Source: Lytechinus pictus
Taxonomy: Eukaryota
Assembly: GCF_037042905.1 (NCBI RefSeq)
Contig: NC_087250.1
Span: forward strand, 27,654,001-27,718,000
Direction: 5' to 3'
Length of the DNA stretch: 64,000 nucleotides
Part shown: positions 13,827-26,420 of the stretch, piece by piece
Layout: every line of letters begins with the position of its first letter
Numbering within the stretch: position 1 is the first letter of the stretch
Program-made: the position numbers and the translations under genes
The notes under the pieces: generated by a model
What the model saw: the letters and a program-made list of their open reading frames with translations, nothing else
Told to the model about the DNA's origin: nothing
Database searches by the model: none

Positions 13827-14119
13827 ATGTAGCTTTGGAAATATATTTTTTGGAAAAATAGTAAGGGACATGACTAGTAACTTACATTAAATACATTTGA
13901 TCTACTTTACTATAATTTGGCTATTGTTCTGGACATGACTGTGCTTAAAAACAAATGTCATACCGAGTCTTTCTGATAAAATCCCTCGTAATGACGTCAT
14001 CCCTACAACACATGTAGCTCGTCTAATTTTCTGTTAGCACTGACAAGGACAAAGGTTGCAAAAAAGCAAAGATCCCATGCTTGGGGGATACTTTCTTTTA
14101 CTGATAATGAATGAAATCT

Positions 14120-14613
14120 GATATCACACTGTACTTTTTTCCCTTCACCCCGGGAAATTGATGGGGCAAATGGGGGGGGGGGGGGGGGGGGGCTTAGCCC
14201 CACCAATTTCCCGGAGTTAAGCTTAGCCCGCTTCGTTTTCACACTACGTTTTAGCAAAGTTGGCTGGCACGGTAAATAATACGGTACTATCTGGCCCTGC
14301 CAAAAAATCAGGGTTAGCCGGTGCTAATTGCGATGCTAAGAGATGCAGTGTGAAACGAAAGTGGGCTAAGGAGGAAAAGTGGGGCTAAGCATTAACCAAT
14401 CACAAAAGTCGAAATTGCACGTTAATCGCGTTCTGTATGATAAAATCATCAATATTAATGAGCTGTGTGATAGTCCAGGGTTTAGGTGATAACCCCGGCT
14501 AAGCAAATAGTATGGGGTTAAGAAAGACAGTGTGAATAACAAAATAGTATTGGGTTAAGGATAGTACGGGGTTAAAGGAAAGAATGGGGTTAAGGAAATG
14601 CAGTGTGAAAAGC
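14120..14613. mobile_element. MITE, possibly PIF/Harbinger-like
   Basis: Imperfect TIR tcacactg..tttccctt / aaggaaatgcagtgtgaaaagc, with internal GGGGCTAAG/GGGGTTAAG repeats. Confidence 0.5.
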
Positions 14614-14779
14614 ATAATAGAAGGGTAGCAGTGTTTTTTGCTCTCATAAATCAAAATAATCTAATCATTGTAAAATGAAATATATCACAAGGCATGTCAT
14701 TTATTGGAATTCAGAGCAAAATTGAAGAAAATATGAATTTGAACTCCGTAGATTGATCTAGTTTTGTGAAAAAAATAAG

Positions 14780-15410
14780 TATTGTATTGTATTGTTATTT
14801 ACAATTACAAACGAATGATCATTAAAAAGACGGAGGGATTGCCCTACTCAGCGTTGATATCATATCAAAGCTGTTTTACAGAGGGGTCCCTTACATAGAT
14901 ATACATGTAATTATAATACAGGAAAAGAAAAACGTAATTAGTTGACTTAGGATAAAGACGTTGAGAAAATGTGAAAAAGTAAGAAAAAAAAAGATTTACA
15001 ATATATATATATATATATATATATACAAGATAACAAAGTAAGATAGTAAGAACAAGGGATCTGAACTAAAAATTACAAGAAGTCTGGAAAAATGTTTTTA
15101 AGATTTTTTTTTAAGGCATCGATATTTTCTATTCATTTCATGTGATGGGGAAGAGTATTATAATGAGATGCACCTCTGTATTGGATAGTGTGTTTTGGGT
15201 TTGGGTAAAGCAAAGTTATGAGAATTACGTAGTGAATATTGATGAGAAGATGGTTGAAACATACCGGACATAATTGGAGATAACATGCCATGGACTGATT
15301 CATAAACAAATATGTTAAGATTTTTTTTACGTCTAGATTCAAGAGAAGACCAATTTAAAACTGAACGAATTTGTACATTAGAGATATGATCAAATGGATT
15401 GACTTTCATT
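14780..15410 (-). mobile_element. 3' fragment of an L2/Crack/Daphne-type LINE
   Basis: Frameshifted peptide LNWSSLESRR...HQYSLRNSHNFALPKPKT / QYRGASHYNTLP, typical of the CR1-group ORF2 C-terminus; (CAATA)n tail. Confidence 0.75.
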
Positions 15411-15583
15411 ATTATTCTTTTTTTTTTTTAGTAAAAGAACATATAACTAGGAGACTTTCCAGGAACTATTAAGTTTAGGAGATAGAAAAATGGGGATAAA
15501 AGAGAAAGAGAATAAAGAGGAGGGAGATAGCAAGCAAGAGTAGAAAGAAGCAGACAGAGAGAGAGTGTGCGGGGGTGTAGATA

Positions 15584-15748
15584 CACTGTAAAAAATGAGG
15601 TTCTAATTTAGCACTTACGGTGCTTGTATAGTGACTGCACTACGAGTGCTGAATTTCTAGTTAAAATTTAAGCTAGAAAATTAGCACTCGTAGTGCAGTC
15701 ACTCTACAAGCACTGTATGTGCTAAATTAGCACTTTACTTTTTTAGTG
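15584..15748. mobile_element. Palindromic CACTG-type MITE flanked by TA
   Basis: The whole element folds back (gtgactgcactacgagtgct / agcactcgtagtgcagtcac). Confidence 0.8.
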
Positions 15749-16104
15749 TAGATCCCAACGCCCCTACGTTTTGTGCATAACCAGGGAATGCCAGCACGAT
15801 TACAAGCTCGTTGGACGGCATGAAATTATGTCATTTCTTTACAAAGGTCAATATTGGGGAAACCCATTTATTATGCTTATCCATTCTACATCAAAAGATG
15901 GCGCTCTTCCAAGCTTTGATTACACTCACATTAAAGCACTTGATGAAGATGTGGTTCCGGACATTAAATCATTTGAAATCAGAAACAATGGGAAGTCTAC
16001 ATTATCTTCATTTGATAACTTCAGTAGGCTAAATACAGACTCCCTTTAAACAAAGCAATAAACTCACATTATATTCGGATTCACGATTAGTATGATATTG
16101 AAAT

Positions 16105-16875
16105 TGTACATAAATTTACATATTTTTAATGTATATTATGTGACATCTTTAATGTACATTAGTTTACAAATTTAATGTACATTATGTTACATCTTGAATG
16201 TACATCAATTTAAATTTTTAAAGTACATTAATTTACATATTTAATGTGCATCAATTTGCATGTTTGCATGTTTAATGTACATCAATTTACCGAATTAATG
16301 TACATTATTTACATCTCCAATGTACATTAATTTACATCTTTAATGTAAATCAATTTACATATTCGTGTGGAGGAGCCGTGGTGTAGTGGTTCTGACTCTC
16401 GCCTTGTAAACAGAGGGTCGTGTGTTCGAATCCCACCGCGGTGTAGCGTCCTTTGGCAAGGCGTTAATCCACACTTTGCCACTCTCGACCCAGGTGCTAA
16501 ATGGGTACCCGGTAGGATGTGACAGGCGACTGACTGGAATACTCCCAGGGAGTGGAGGATGTGTACACATTGCGGGAATGACTGATTGAATCCGACGACC
16601 GGGGTAATAATATATCTGTAAAGCGCTTAGACACGACCGTCGTTCCGATGGATTAAGCGCTTTATAAAAAGCGGTTATTATATTATTATTATTATATTCA
16701 ATGCATATCAATATACATTTTTAATGCACATCAGTTAAGATCTTTAATGCACATCAATTTACATATTTAATGTGCATCAATTTACATTTTTAATTTACAT
16801 CAAATTACATCTTTAATGTACATCAATTTACATTTTGGATGAACATTATTTTACATCTTTAATGTACATCATTTC
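16105..16875. repeat. Degenerate ~23-bp minisatellite interrupted by a SINE
   Basis: Consensus AATGTACATCAATTTACATCTTT. Confidence 0.85.
16365..16694 (+). mobile_element. Full-length tRNA-derived SINE
   Basis: A box TGGTGTAGTGG, B box GTTCGAATC, central ctcgacccaggtg..aaatgggtacc domain, (ATT)n tail, possible ATATTC TSD. Confidence 0.9.
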
Positions 16876-17030
16876 AAACTAGATTGACTACCTTATTTAT
16901 TTCACCATCTCCTTTTATTTTCCATTAGTCATCACTAAACATCCCCAAACTAAAGTGTTTTAACCAGAATATTTAAATTTATGAGTCAATAATTAACTTC
17001 GTTATATTGACCTTGCAAAATCTGTATGCC

Positions 17031-17524
17031 CCTGGGGGGGGGGGGGCAGTCGACACAAAAGTGGAAGGGGTGTGCCGCGGGCGAGACCCAAAAAACGGGG
17101 GCCTTGGAGCGGGCTTATTGTAAAAAGGAGGGTCCTCGGAACGGGGCTTCAGAACGACAAATGTTTGGAACGGGCATGCGTTCATGATGCAGCTAGCCCG
17201 GCGGCACGGCCGCCGACTTCACTCGCGCAGAGATGATGGTTGGACAGCGCTCTCGGCCGTTTTTCACCAAAATTGCAGCTTATTGTAGCAGATCAATGCG
17301 ACCGGAATGGCGAAACGAAAGTATGCGAAGCTTTGGAGCGGATTTCTTTCTTCCTTTTTTCTCGATAAGAAGAAAATGCTATGCCTTGGAGCGGCTTTCT
17401 TCGTTTTTTTTCTCAATAAGACAAAAATGCTACGCCTTGGAACGGAAATTGAGTGTAAAAATGGGGGTGCCCTCCGCGGCACATACCCACCGTGCATTAT
17501 ATGCTGAGTGCCCCCCCCCCCGGA
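17031..17524. mobile_element. GC-rich non-autonomous TIR element with a 7-8-bp TSD
   Basis: TGTATGCC|CCTGGGGGGG..GCAGTC...GAGTGCCCCCCC..CGGA|TGTATGCA. Confidence 0.75.
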
Positions 17525-19184
17525 TGTATGCACTGGGTGAGCGTTTCTTTTATTTATTTATTTTTTATTTATTTATTTCATTTCCAGGCAAGAAAACATG
17601 ACAGCAATATAAACATTACAAAAGAAATGTAAAATTGAGCACCAGCCAATGCCTGGGGATCACCTAAAAGAATTGAAAATTCTGGCGAGAGGTCCTCCAC
17701 ATTGGCTGGTGTCTACATGGAATAACACAAAATAGCAATATATTCAAACATGTAATTACAATACTTCTATATAAATTAACCTTCATCGTAATATGAATAG
17801 AAAAAACCAAGGTTATCGAATTAATACTTTAAGAAAAAATGCAGATTGGGTCAAATCAGGAATTAGTCATTTATCAAATTAGAGACAGAGATGGGAGGTC
17901 AATTGGTTGAATTTTGAGAGTCTGAAATGAATTGTATATGACATTTGTCACGGTTATGTGCGGGTTGAACCAAAAAAAAAAATCAGCAAAGTAAGTATAT
18001 AACAAATAATGATTTAAAAAAAAAATCAAGATTCATACCCAAAGTATATTCAAGCAAACGACATCTTAGATATCAACTCAATTTAAGCTACCATGTAAAG
18101 AAAAGTAAATGAATTCATGTGTAACAGAAAAAAAAAATAAAACAATATGAAGAATGGGAAAGTATGGCAAAGCATTAGAAAAAAAATAATCAATCATAAA
18201 TGAAACACACATTCAAAGTATTGGCCTGATGTGACAAGAACTAAGTTGAGAGCTTTACACGAAAATGGGAATGGTAATGAATTAATTATATAAAGGGGTA
18301 ATATAATTTCAGTTGATTGAAATGCAGGTATGGCAAATTATTAGAAAACCAAATAATCAATCAAAGTACAAACAAGAGTGTGACATATTAAATGTAAAAA
18401 AAAATCTAAGACATGCTAGGAAGCCTTTAGGGGGATCACAATTTTGATACTGCGTACGTGAGACTAAAAATTAAAAATAGTTCTAGCGTTATTAGGGTAT
18501 GGGTGCTAACAAGTTAATATGCTTCTATGAGGGGAGGTAATTCAAAGAGGAAATTTCGTAACACAAGACATTCAGTTAATTTATCGGAACCATTTTCATT
18601 CATCTTTACTGCACAATGATAGCCAACGAACTTTATGTAAAGATCTCCAAACTCTGTCTCCTCTTTGTTGGATTAATCTGAGTATTAGTTTTCTCTTTAA
18701 GACATCCAAACTTGTCTTTCACCCCCCCTTTAATCATCAATGGAAACCAAGAACAGTCACTAAACTCATTTTAATAACCCTATTAGTAGAAGTTGTTGTT
18801 TGAGCCTCTCTTATAAATTACATTATCTTTCCCTTCCATTTACCACATTTTTTAATTGTTCCTCTAAGTATATTTTATTTTTCATCAGAGTGTCCCTTAC
18901 CTTTGATTACGTACTATAAAAAACTTTACCCGTTCTTTACTCAGTATATTGTTATCAGTGTCTCTAATGTCTTGTAATCTTATGCCTCTTAATTTTCGTT
19001 ATTTCACTGATTTAGTTCAATATAAATGCAATATGTTTTTCTTTTTGATGTCAGCTACTGAGGTCTGAAATACAAAGGTCGAAAATTTGAACCTCACGAA
19101 TCATGATAATGTTTCGATAAATCTATAAAGAATTCACCCCCGTTGAATAGAAAAAATGCCATAATTCGTCTGTTATATTGAAAA

Positions 19185-19365
19185 TATGTCATTGCATGTC
19201 AACCCACACTGTTCTATTATGTTGATGATATTTCATTGCAAGTCAACACAGGCTGTCCTATTATGTTGATGATATTTCATTGCGTGTCAACCCAGGCTGT
19301 CCTATTATGTTGATGATATTTCATTGCGTGTCAACCCAAGGCTGTCCTATTATGTTGATAATAAT
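19185..19365. repeat. 44-bp tandem repeat, ~4 copies (2 copies in the paralog at ~12140-12225)
   Basis: Unit TTATGTTGATGATATTTCATTGCGTGTCAACCCAGGCTGTCCTA. Confidence 0.85.
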
Positions 19366-19806
19366 GTACCGGCACCCACTGGAACGGTAACTAACAAGGG
19401 AAAATAAAAATAATAAAAAAGGGACAAACTTGATATGGCAGTTTTGTCATAAAGTTGTTCCTAAGTTACGAATGGCTTTACTCAAGACTGGAATATGTTC
19501 TCAGGTGAAAAAGTCAGATACAAGTCATAGGGATCCGTTAACCAAAGAAAGGTTCACCAGTCTGTGTAAAGGCATTCGTCATAACTCACGAACAGCTTTA
19601 TGATACACACAATAGATAGATTTTCACATTCACATTGACTGATAACAAAAGATTACCAAAACCTTTGACTTCCATTATTGAAAGCAACTTGGTTTATAAT
19701 TCATGTATTTACTGTTTGAAGGTATGACGGAATGATTATTAACATTATTGAAAAGCAGAGATAATATTCTAACGTCCGTGGATGACGAGATCCGCTATAA
19801 AAAAAT

Positions 19807-21477
19807 GAGTATCTGAATATAAAAAAACAGCCAAGTCCAATTGAGTTAGCTTGTTCCTCCTACAATGACTCTTCTTGTGTATAAATGATAATTCTAAAAT
19901 CATCTAAAAATGCCTTAAATAAATGGGGAAAACCTCGTATGAATGTAAAAAAAGGCCCAAGTCCAGGGGGGCGTTTCATAAAGCTTTTCGTAAGTTAAGA
20001 GCGACTTTAAGAACGACTGGTGATCATTTCTTTATACGCGCTAAGCCATCGCAAATAAACATGTTGGTATGTACAATTTACCACAGGAATTGATCACCAG
20101 TCGTCCTTAAAGTCACTCTTAGCTTACGAACAGCTTTATGAAACACCACTTTTCATACCTTCATATCACTGCGCCCCATCTCATTACATTCCACTCTGTA
20201 CATACACTAACTGCATTATATTACTTTTTTATATTACAGTATTTGACAGAGATATGGTTCAATCGTTGTGACGGAATAAAAGTTTTCACCTGAATCTCTA
20301 GCTTTATTCAGTCCTACGTTATTATTATAAGTTTTTATTTTACAAGAGGAGAGAGGTATTTTCAATATTGATCAGATGTAAAGTGGAATCTTGTTTTGTT
20401 TTTGACCTGGTCTAAAATGTTTAAAAAGTAATAAGTAATTGAAGATCACTTGCAGATGTCTGTGATTCTCTGTTATCTGGGTATAATAGTACCCTGTATG
20501 TTGGATGGTGTGTGAGGGGTGCTTGGGTGGGTGTGAGTAAAAAGGAAATCCTCAAAACATAGCAAAAATAATAATTCCTATGGTAATGTGCGTGTGTGGA
20601 AGTGGGGCATGTAGGGACAGATTAAGTATTGATGTTTTCTTACAAAATTTGCTCACAATACAAACCAAGTTTATTTTGGAAGAATCACCCCCCCCCCCTA
20701 CCTCCAATTCACTAGCAAGCAATGCAATATAAATTCTTCCAATTTACAAATGCATTAAACAAAATATTTGGCAAGCATGAAATTAAGGTCCTTGCCAAGA
20801 AAAAGTTCTCACTACATTTACACGCCCAACCTAAAATTAAGTGAGGACGCCCTCTGTGTTTCTTGTTTTTCTATTTAATAATAAAAAAATTATAAAAGGG
20901 AAGGACCATACCCACGCGCCCCCCCCCCCCCCCCTCTTGGTGACATGGATGGAGGAAGAAGGAACTGTAGAGGAAGAAGGAACTGTAAAACACGAATGAT
21001 ACGTCATTCTGCAAACTCTGTTTTATATACATGTATAGATATATATTTGCAAACAGATACACATTTCTTCACTTTTAACACTCACATCCACATCCGCTCG
21101 CTCATCCCAAAACACATCAGCTATTAAAAAACCTAGAATATAAAAAGATAGGTAGCACAATTTTGTCTGACATATTAAACAAATCCCTTGTGTATCATTT
21201 GTTATACATTCAGTAGAACAAAGTCTACCATGTATATGAATGTAAGAATGACCCAAGTCCATATGATTCTAAAAACGACCCAATTCCACCAGACAAAAGG
21301 CCCCGCTCATAAGTAACATCAATATTATTGTTCATAAAAATACAATTTGTTTTATGATGTTCTCTGATGTCTTTAGGCAAAATATACTTTAATTGCCTAG
21401 TATAAAAGAAATATTTTTTTTTCGACTTTCTCGAAATACTTTCAACGGACTTGGGCCTTTGTTATATTCATATACTT
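19807..21477. mobile_element. Sola-like non-autonomous DNA transposon with a nested palindromic MITE (19966-20149)
   Basis: TIR GAGTATCTGAATATAA..CCAAGTCC / GGACTTGGGCCTTTGTTATATTCATATACTT; AAAT/AATT flanks; absent in the paralogs at ~1075 and ~12635. Confidence 0.7.
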
Positions 21478-22584
21478 AATTATATCATGGAAATGACATG
21501 TATACCATCATTATTAATTTTTCAAATTTTCTTAAGTGTATGATAAAATAGCAAATACATCATAAGAGGTTTTTGATGGAGAGATAATCGATAGTTTATT
21601 CATTACAAAATATACAATTAAGACAAGACTTTCTTCACATTTATTTAGCCGACTCCATTAGGTATTATCAATCATTTTCAAGCAAACTATTATTATTTTA
21701 TTGTTGCATATCATTAAGGTGAGTGGAATTCTTCGCGGCATGGTCAATTATTCATTTTGGAAGAAAAAGGCAGTTCACTTTAAACAACAGCTGTATAGAA
21801 AGAGACAGGATGTTTGATTACTGGTTAATGTTCAAATCTAGCCACGTGGACAGGTGTAGTTCAAATAAATGTTGGATTCTTAACACAACTTGTGATGTGT
21901 CTTAGTTACTTAAGAAAACTATTTTTTTTATTCATATTGTTAAGTGCATTTATCCATAATAAAGAGACTTTGTACTGATTTTTTGTTGGAAATAGAGTTA
22001 AATACCCAAACCGGGCCAAAAAGTGAAAACATATCATAACTTCTCGTACAAACATGATTTGAAGAAATCTTCAGCTTTTGACTAGTTTTTGTGATATCTA
22101 ATTAATCCTATTTGGCGCAGCTTTCAAATTCTGCATTAATATCATGTGTGTCAACTTCTCCTGACATAACAATTTAGGTAAAATAAGAGCCAAATAAGAC
22201 ATCAAAAAATTAATCGTTTCACTATTAGTTAGTGTCTGGGACTTTAAACTTGAATTTGAATAATGTCTCGGGCATGGGTGCTGATCAGTGTATATTGATA
22301 TTGGGTGTGGGTAAGTGAGTGTATGTGTAAGGGTGTGTGTGGGGGGGGGTGTGTGGGGGCTAGAAAAATTGATAAAGATGTCAGATATTGCGTTTTTTTC
22401 CGCAAGGGGACAAAGTTTCAGTTACAAAGAGTTACTACGTTTCTACTGCGCTAACCATTGGCACATTTGCTGTACTGGAAGCCACATTAGACCTGTAGTT
22501 GTATAGTTGTGAAGAGATGTGAAATGTAATATATAATTCCCAACATTGAGCATTTTATTTTATTTGTACACTAAACCATGATGT

Positions 22585-22711
22585 GGAAAATCCCAAATGT
22601 TTCACAATACACACTGCACGTCTACTCAGTTGTACATTGTATGCATTCATTCACACAGTGTATATATATTGTAAGCTGATAGAGGGTGTGTACTTAGACT
22701 TATAGGTTAGT
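22585..22711 (+). promoter_or_regulatory. Putative promoter/non-coding first exon, copy 3 (proximal to the TRIM-like ORF)
   Basis: GGAAAATCCC at 22585-22594; Inr-like TCAGTT at 22626-22631; TTATAG|GTTAGT donor at 22706. Confidence 0.55.
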
Positions 22712-24127
22712 ATGTAGCTTAAGAGTTATATTTTATTTGTGGGATAGGAATAAACATGATTTTGATAACTTATTCTATGAATATATTTGATCCACGTTAT
22801 TTTAACTTGGCTGTTGTTACGAACATGAGCTTCGAAAAAAATGCCCTAATGAAACTTTCCGATAAATTTCCTTTTAATGACGCAATCCCTACAGCACATG
22901 TAATGTACAGTAGCTCGTCTCATTTTCATGTTTTTGTTTCAAAACTTTTTGCTTATAAAGGTTGCCTCTGCATTTTCCCCATTAAGTTGTGCGTTTACAT
23001 TGTATTTATGTCTTACACTAGCTCGAGCTAAAGCCGGGGTAATAATAATAATAACAACGCGCCTCGGAAAAGAATATTTCTAGATAGATGGCGCTATATA
23101 AATGCCTATTATTATTATTACACTATCTGTTATCAAAACATTGTAAGCTGGTTATATGTCATTTAAGCCAGATTAGGTTTTTGCATCCCATGATTGGAAA
23201 CAAAATAATACCATTTCACAAAGAATATAATTTCCGCTTTCAAATTAAGATGATATGTACATCATAAGTACTTCTTTAATAAATTTCAGGCTTTAATTAT
23301 AGTTGATGTTATGTTTTACCGGTAGATGTTGTATAGAATCGCCTTTTTAAATTATTATTTGCTCCTTTTGTGATGGCAGCACTAATTATGCTTTTATGCC
23401 TTTAAGCTGCCTTGTTCATTTTTGAATTCTGTCTGGGTTTTGAGAGTGGGGTTTATATAAACATTGTCACAAATGTATTTTAATCCATGAATGAAATATA
23501 TACATATAAATGAATGATAATTCTTGTTTGGTCTATAGAAGTATTAGAAGGGACTATTTTTACTTTATAAAAGGAATTTTCATACAATATTCTATTTTCT
23601 TTTACCATTAAGAGAGCCTTACACTTTTTACTCTTCGAACATTTGAATTTCGCTTTGAGGTATACTCATTGCATAAACGCAGGCCCTAGACTTGCTAAAA
23701 TTGTTTGAAGTTGTTTGCGTTTGTTATTACGCACTATCAATATTTCATTCTCACATTCTTTGCAATTTGAGCACTGATCCATGTTTATCATGAACTAAAA
23801 ATAAAAACCATACCTCCTAATATGTTTATACACTGCACCTCTTTGTTTATCTGTGTATAATAATACATTATACGAGGATCTTAATTCAGTTTGATTATAG
23901 CTTATTAGTTCGACAAGGGCGTTAATATACACGTTAATTTAGTATGAATGTGTTGATGTTTGTGCGTGGGTGTGTCTACTTGCGTTTACGTCTGTTTGTG
24001 AGAATTTTGTGAGAATTCTATATTTAACGTTATTAGAGGTGTTAAAGAATCTTTAATATACCCTGGTAATATATTTTTTTTCAATTGTTTCTTGAGTTCA
24101 TTTTAACTTTTTTTTGCATTTTTTTAG
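22706..24127 (+). other. Predicted 5'-UTR intron of the TRIM-like gene
   Basis: GT donor at 22706; long T tract followed by TAG|G acceptor at 24126-24127, 30 nt before the ATG. Confidence 0.5.
23021..23120 (+). mobile_element. 5'-truncated SINE tail
   Basis: Matches the 3' end of the SINE at 46509-46740; (ATT)n tail; TTACACTA on both sides. Confidence 0.8.
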
Positions 24128-24157
24128 GTAGGCTACTGCCCCTATATTTTCTTCGTC

Positions 24158-25795
24158 ATGGCTTCTAAGTTCCCAACAAAGAAGAACGGAGAGGTCGAAC
24201 TTCGTACAAGGAAAGGTCATGACATGACATGGTCATGTGATGACCATGGTGAACCAATCAAATTCTACTGCTTAGAACACAAATTGCCAATTTGTCATCC
24301 ATGCGCGACCAAAGATCATCAGAAACCATGCAAGCTGAAAAACATCCAGGATATCATCTCCCAGAGGAGGGAGAATTTGGATGACAAAAAACCAAAGATA
24401 GAAGAAACGAAGAAACGACTGAAAACTCTGGTCTCCAAAATAGAAACCGTTGCGACGTCTGCAAGTAGAAGCATTGACGCAGTCAAGGACCAAGTGAAGA
24501 TGACATTCGAAGACAAGTTAAAGAGTGTAAGGGATAAGAAAGTGGGAATGGTTCGAGAGATTAACGAAGAGGCAGATGAGGAAATTAGAATGATTCATGA
24601 GAAAATGAACAAACGGATCAAGGATTGCAACACTGAGATAGAAAAGGAAGAAAAAATCATCAAAGACAAAGAAGCTAAATTGTTATCAGATACAAAGACA
24701 ATCAGTGAGGTAGTTACTAAGAAGACAAATAATCTCTCTTGTAAAAATCAGCATGCAATAAACACTTTGATGAATATTGAATCAACCATCAAACGTGTAA
24801 ACCAACATGATGAAACATTGGTGAATGAAGCTCCTCAAGTACTTGCATCTATTGATGAAAATTTAAGTTTGAATGTTCATCAAGATGTTAGCGATTGTCT
24901 TGACCGAATACAGAGTGAAGTTGAGAGAGTGAAGTTTGTAGAGAGGGAAGTAGGTGGAGAATACTATGGTAGAATTGGTGGGTATATCGGTAAATGGGAA
25001 CTTGTCAAGTCAATCCACATTCCATCGGTTGTTAATAAGCCGCGTGTGTGTGGTTTAGTCAGTGATGATGAGATATGTGTGCGAGACGAAGATAACAATG
25101 TCATGTATATTACAAACATCAACACTCAACACACAGAGAAAGTCATTGATGAAGGTGTGTGGATTACATCATGTGCGCCCATAGACAGTAACGTAATAGT
25201 ATGTGGTAAGGAGAGAGATGATTGCACGGATGACAGGTTGGATGGATGCATCACTCTCTATGACAGACAATGGAAGGTGATTAGAGACATCAGCAGTAAT
25301 AGTGTGTATGTTGATGTTGACAAGGATGGGATGATCCTCACTGGTCAGTTCGATCAGTCTAATATCTACATCATCAATCCTGCTGATGATAAGATAGTAA
25401 ACACTATTACGATGCAGGGTAAGGTGGTGTGGGGTGAGATACAAGCCTTGTCATCAGGTGATATCGTTGTGTGTACAGGTCGTAATAAATACACTGTCAT
25501 CTCACGATCAGGAGAAGAGAAGGCTGTCATACACTGTGATGGGTCGGACTGGCCACAGTGTCGCGTTGACAAACTGACAGACACACTCTACATCGCGTAC
25601 TGGGGTGGAGCGCGTAATCCCATCGCAGTTGATCAGGTGTCACGTGATGGTATCATCCAGGCAAGGAAGATCGTGGAATACGAGCAATCAGATCGCACTA
25701 ACTTATTGAGCCCTTGTCTCGTTACTCCTACTGGTAACTTTATAGGGTGTGATGGAAACAAACTTCTTCTCTACAAGAAGACATTAATCTTGTAA
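24158..25795 (+). CDS. RING-less TRIM-like protein: B-box type 2, coiled coil, NHL-like beta-propeller (545 aa, single coding exon)
   Basis: Intact ORF with gtcATGg context. CDDH-x7-CLEH-x4-CHPC-x4-H B-box motif; K/E-rich helical region at ~aa65-260; beta-rich ~40-45-aa blades from ~aa278. Confidence 0.9.
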   Translation: MASKFPTKKNGEVELRTRKGHDMTWSCDDHGEPIKFYCLEHKLPICHPCATKDHQKPCKLKNIQDIISQRRENLDDKKPKIEETKKRLKTLVSKIETVATSASRSIDAVKDQVKMTFEDKLKSVRDKKVGMVREINEEADEEIRMIHEKMNKRIKDCNTEIEKEEKIIKDKEAKLLSDTKTISEVVTKKTNNLSCKNQHAINTLMNIESTIKRVNQHDETLVNEAPQVLASIDENLSLNVHQDVSDCLDRIQSEVERVKFVEREVGGEYYGRIGGYIGKWELVKSIHIPSVVNKPRVCGLVSDDEICVRDEDNNVMYITNINTQHTEKVIDEGVWITSCAPIDSNVIVCGKERDDCTDDRLDGCITLYDRQWKVIRDISSNSVYVDVDKDGMILTGQFDQSNIYIINPADDKIVNTITMQGKVVWGEIQALSSGDIVVCTGRNKYTVISRSGEEKAVIHCDGSDWPQCRVDKLTDTLYIAYWGGARNPIAVDQVSRDGIIQARKIVEYEQSDRTNLLSPCLVTPTGNFIGCDGNKLLLYKKTLIL

Positions 25796-26034
25796 ATCAT
25801 CTAGACTATCAAAGGAATCATATCGGATTTGTAAGAGAAATATAGACCAGAGATTTGTTTTCACTTTTACTTCCATTTCAATTTACGTCCTTCTAGCTCT
25901 ATATGTACGTGACTACATTCATATACACATGGCCATGGTGTGTATAATGTTGTATCGATCCATATCAAATAGAAAACTGTCGCTAATGTCCACTCCGTCT
26001 AGATTTAGGTCTGTAATGAATGCACTCAGATCCA

Positions 26035-26069
26035 AATAAATAGTTTACTCGAAACCTGAACAAAATAAA
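26035..26069 (+). terminator. Candidate polyadenylation signals
   Basis: AATAAA at 26035 and 26064, ~240 nt after the stop codon. Weak evidence in AT-rich DNA. Confidence 0.35.
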
Positions 26070-26255
26070 TGCAAAATGTGTTAACGAATTGCCTACTTGA
26101 ACCAGATGGTTATTGTAGAAAATCTTTTAGAATGGCTGAATTCAGAATTGAACGTGTTAATAACTGAACTGATGTTATTCTCCTAATAGTGATCGGATTA
26201 TTCCTCGATTAAAATTGCTCTCAGCTTTTAAGGTATTTGATTCGAATCAATTAAT

Positions 26256-26420
26256 CAGGACCCCATTTCATAAAAATGTTGACTATGATAGCAACTCATG
26301 CTAAAATGTCAATTACCATGACAACAATAACGATTCTGGTTCCTGATTGGCTGATCCAATGAAATTTGATATTCAAACTGGAGTTGTTATCATAGCCAGG
26401 TTTTATGAAATGGTACCCTG
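26256..26420. mobile_element. Palindromic MITE
   Basis: CAGGACCCCATTTCATAAAA...TTTTATGAAATGGTACCCTG. Confidence 0.7.

Noticed and set aside
15771..16049. 92-aa ORF in duplicated block C as a conserved exon
   Set aside because: Paralogous copies (2255-2400, 42196-42330) have frame-breaking indels, so the sequence is treated as non-coding.
16369..16440. tRNA gene (also 52240-52312)
   Set aside because: A/B boxes continue into a SINE body and (ATT)n tail, so these are SINE heads.
17545..18900. Possible decayed LINE on the minus strand
   Set aside because: A tail-like start and a short RVWRSLHK peptide are suggestive, but no diagnostic motif could be confirmed by eye.
24272..25584. Minus-strand ORFs overlapping the TRIM-like gene
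   Set aside because: Antisense shadows of the real CDS.
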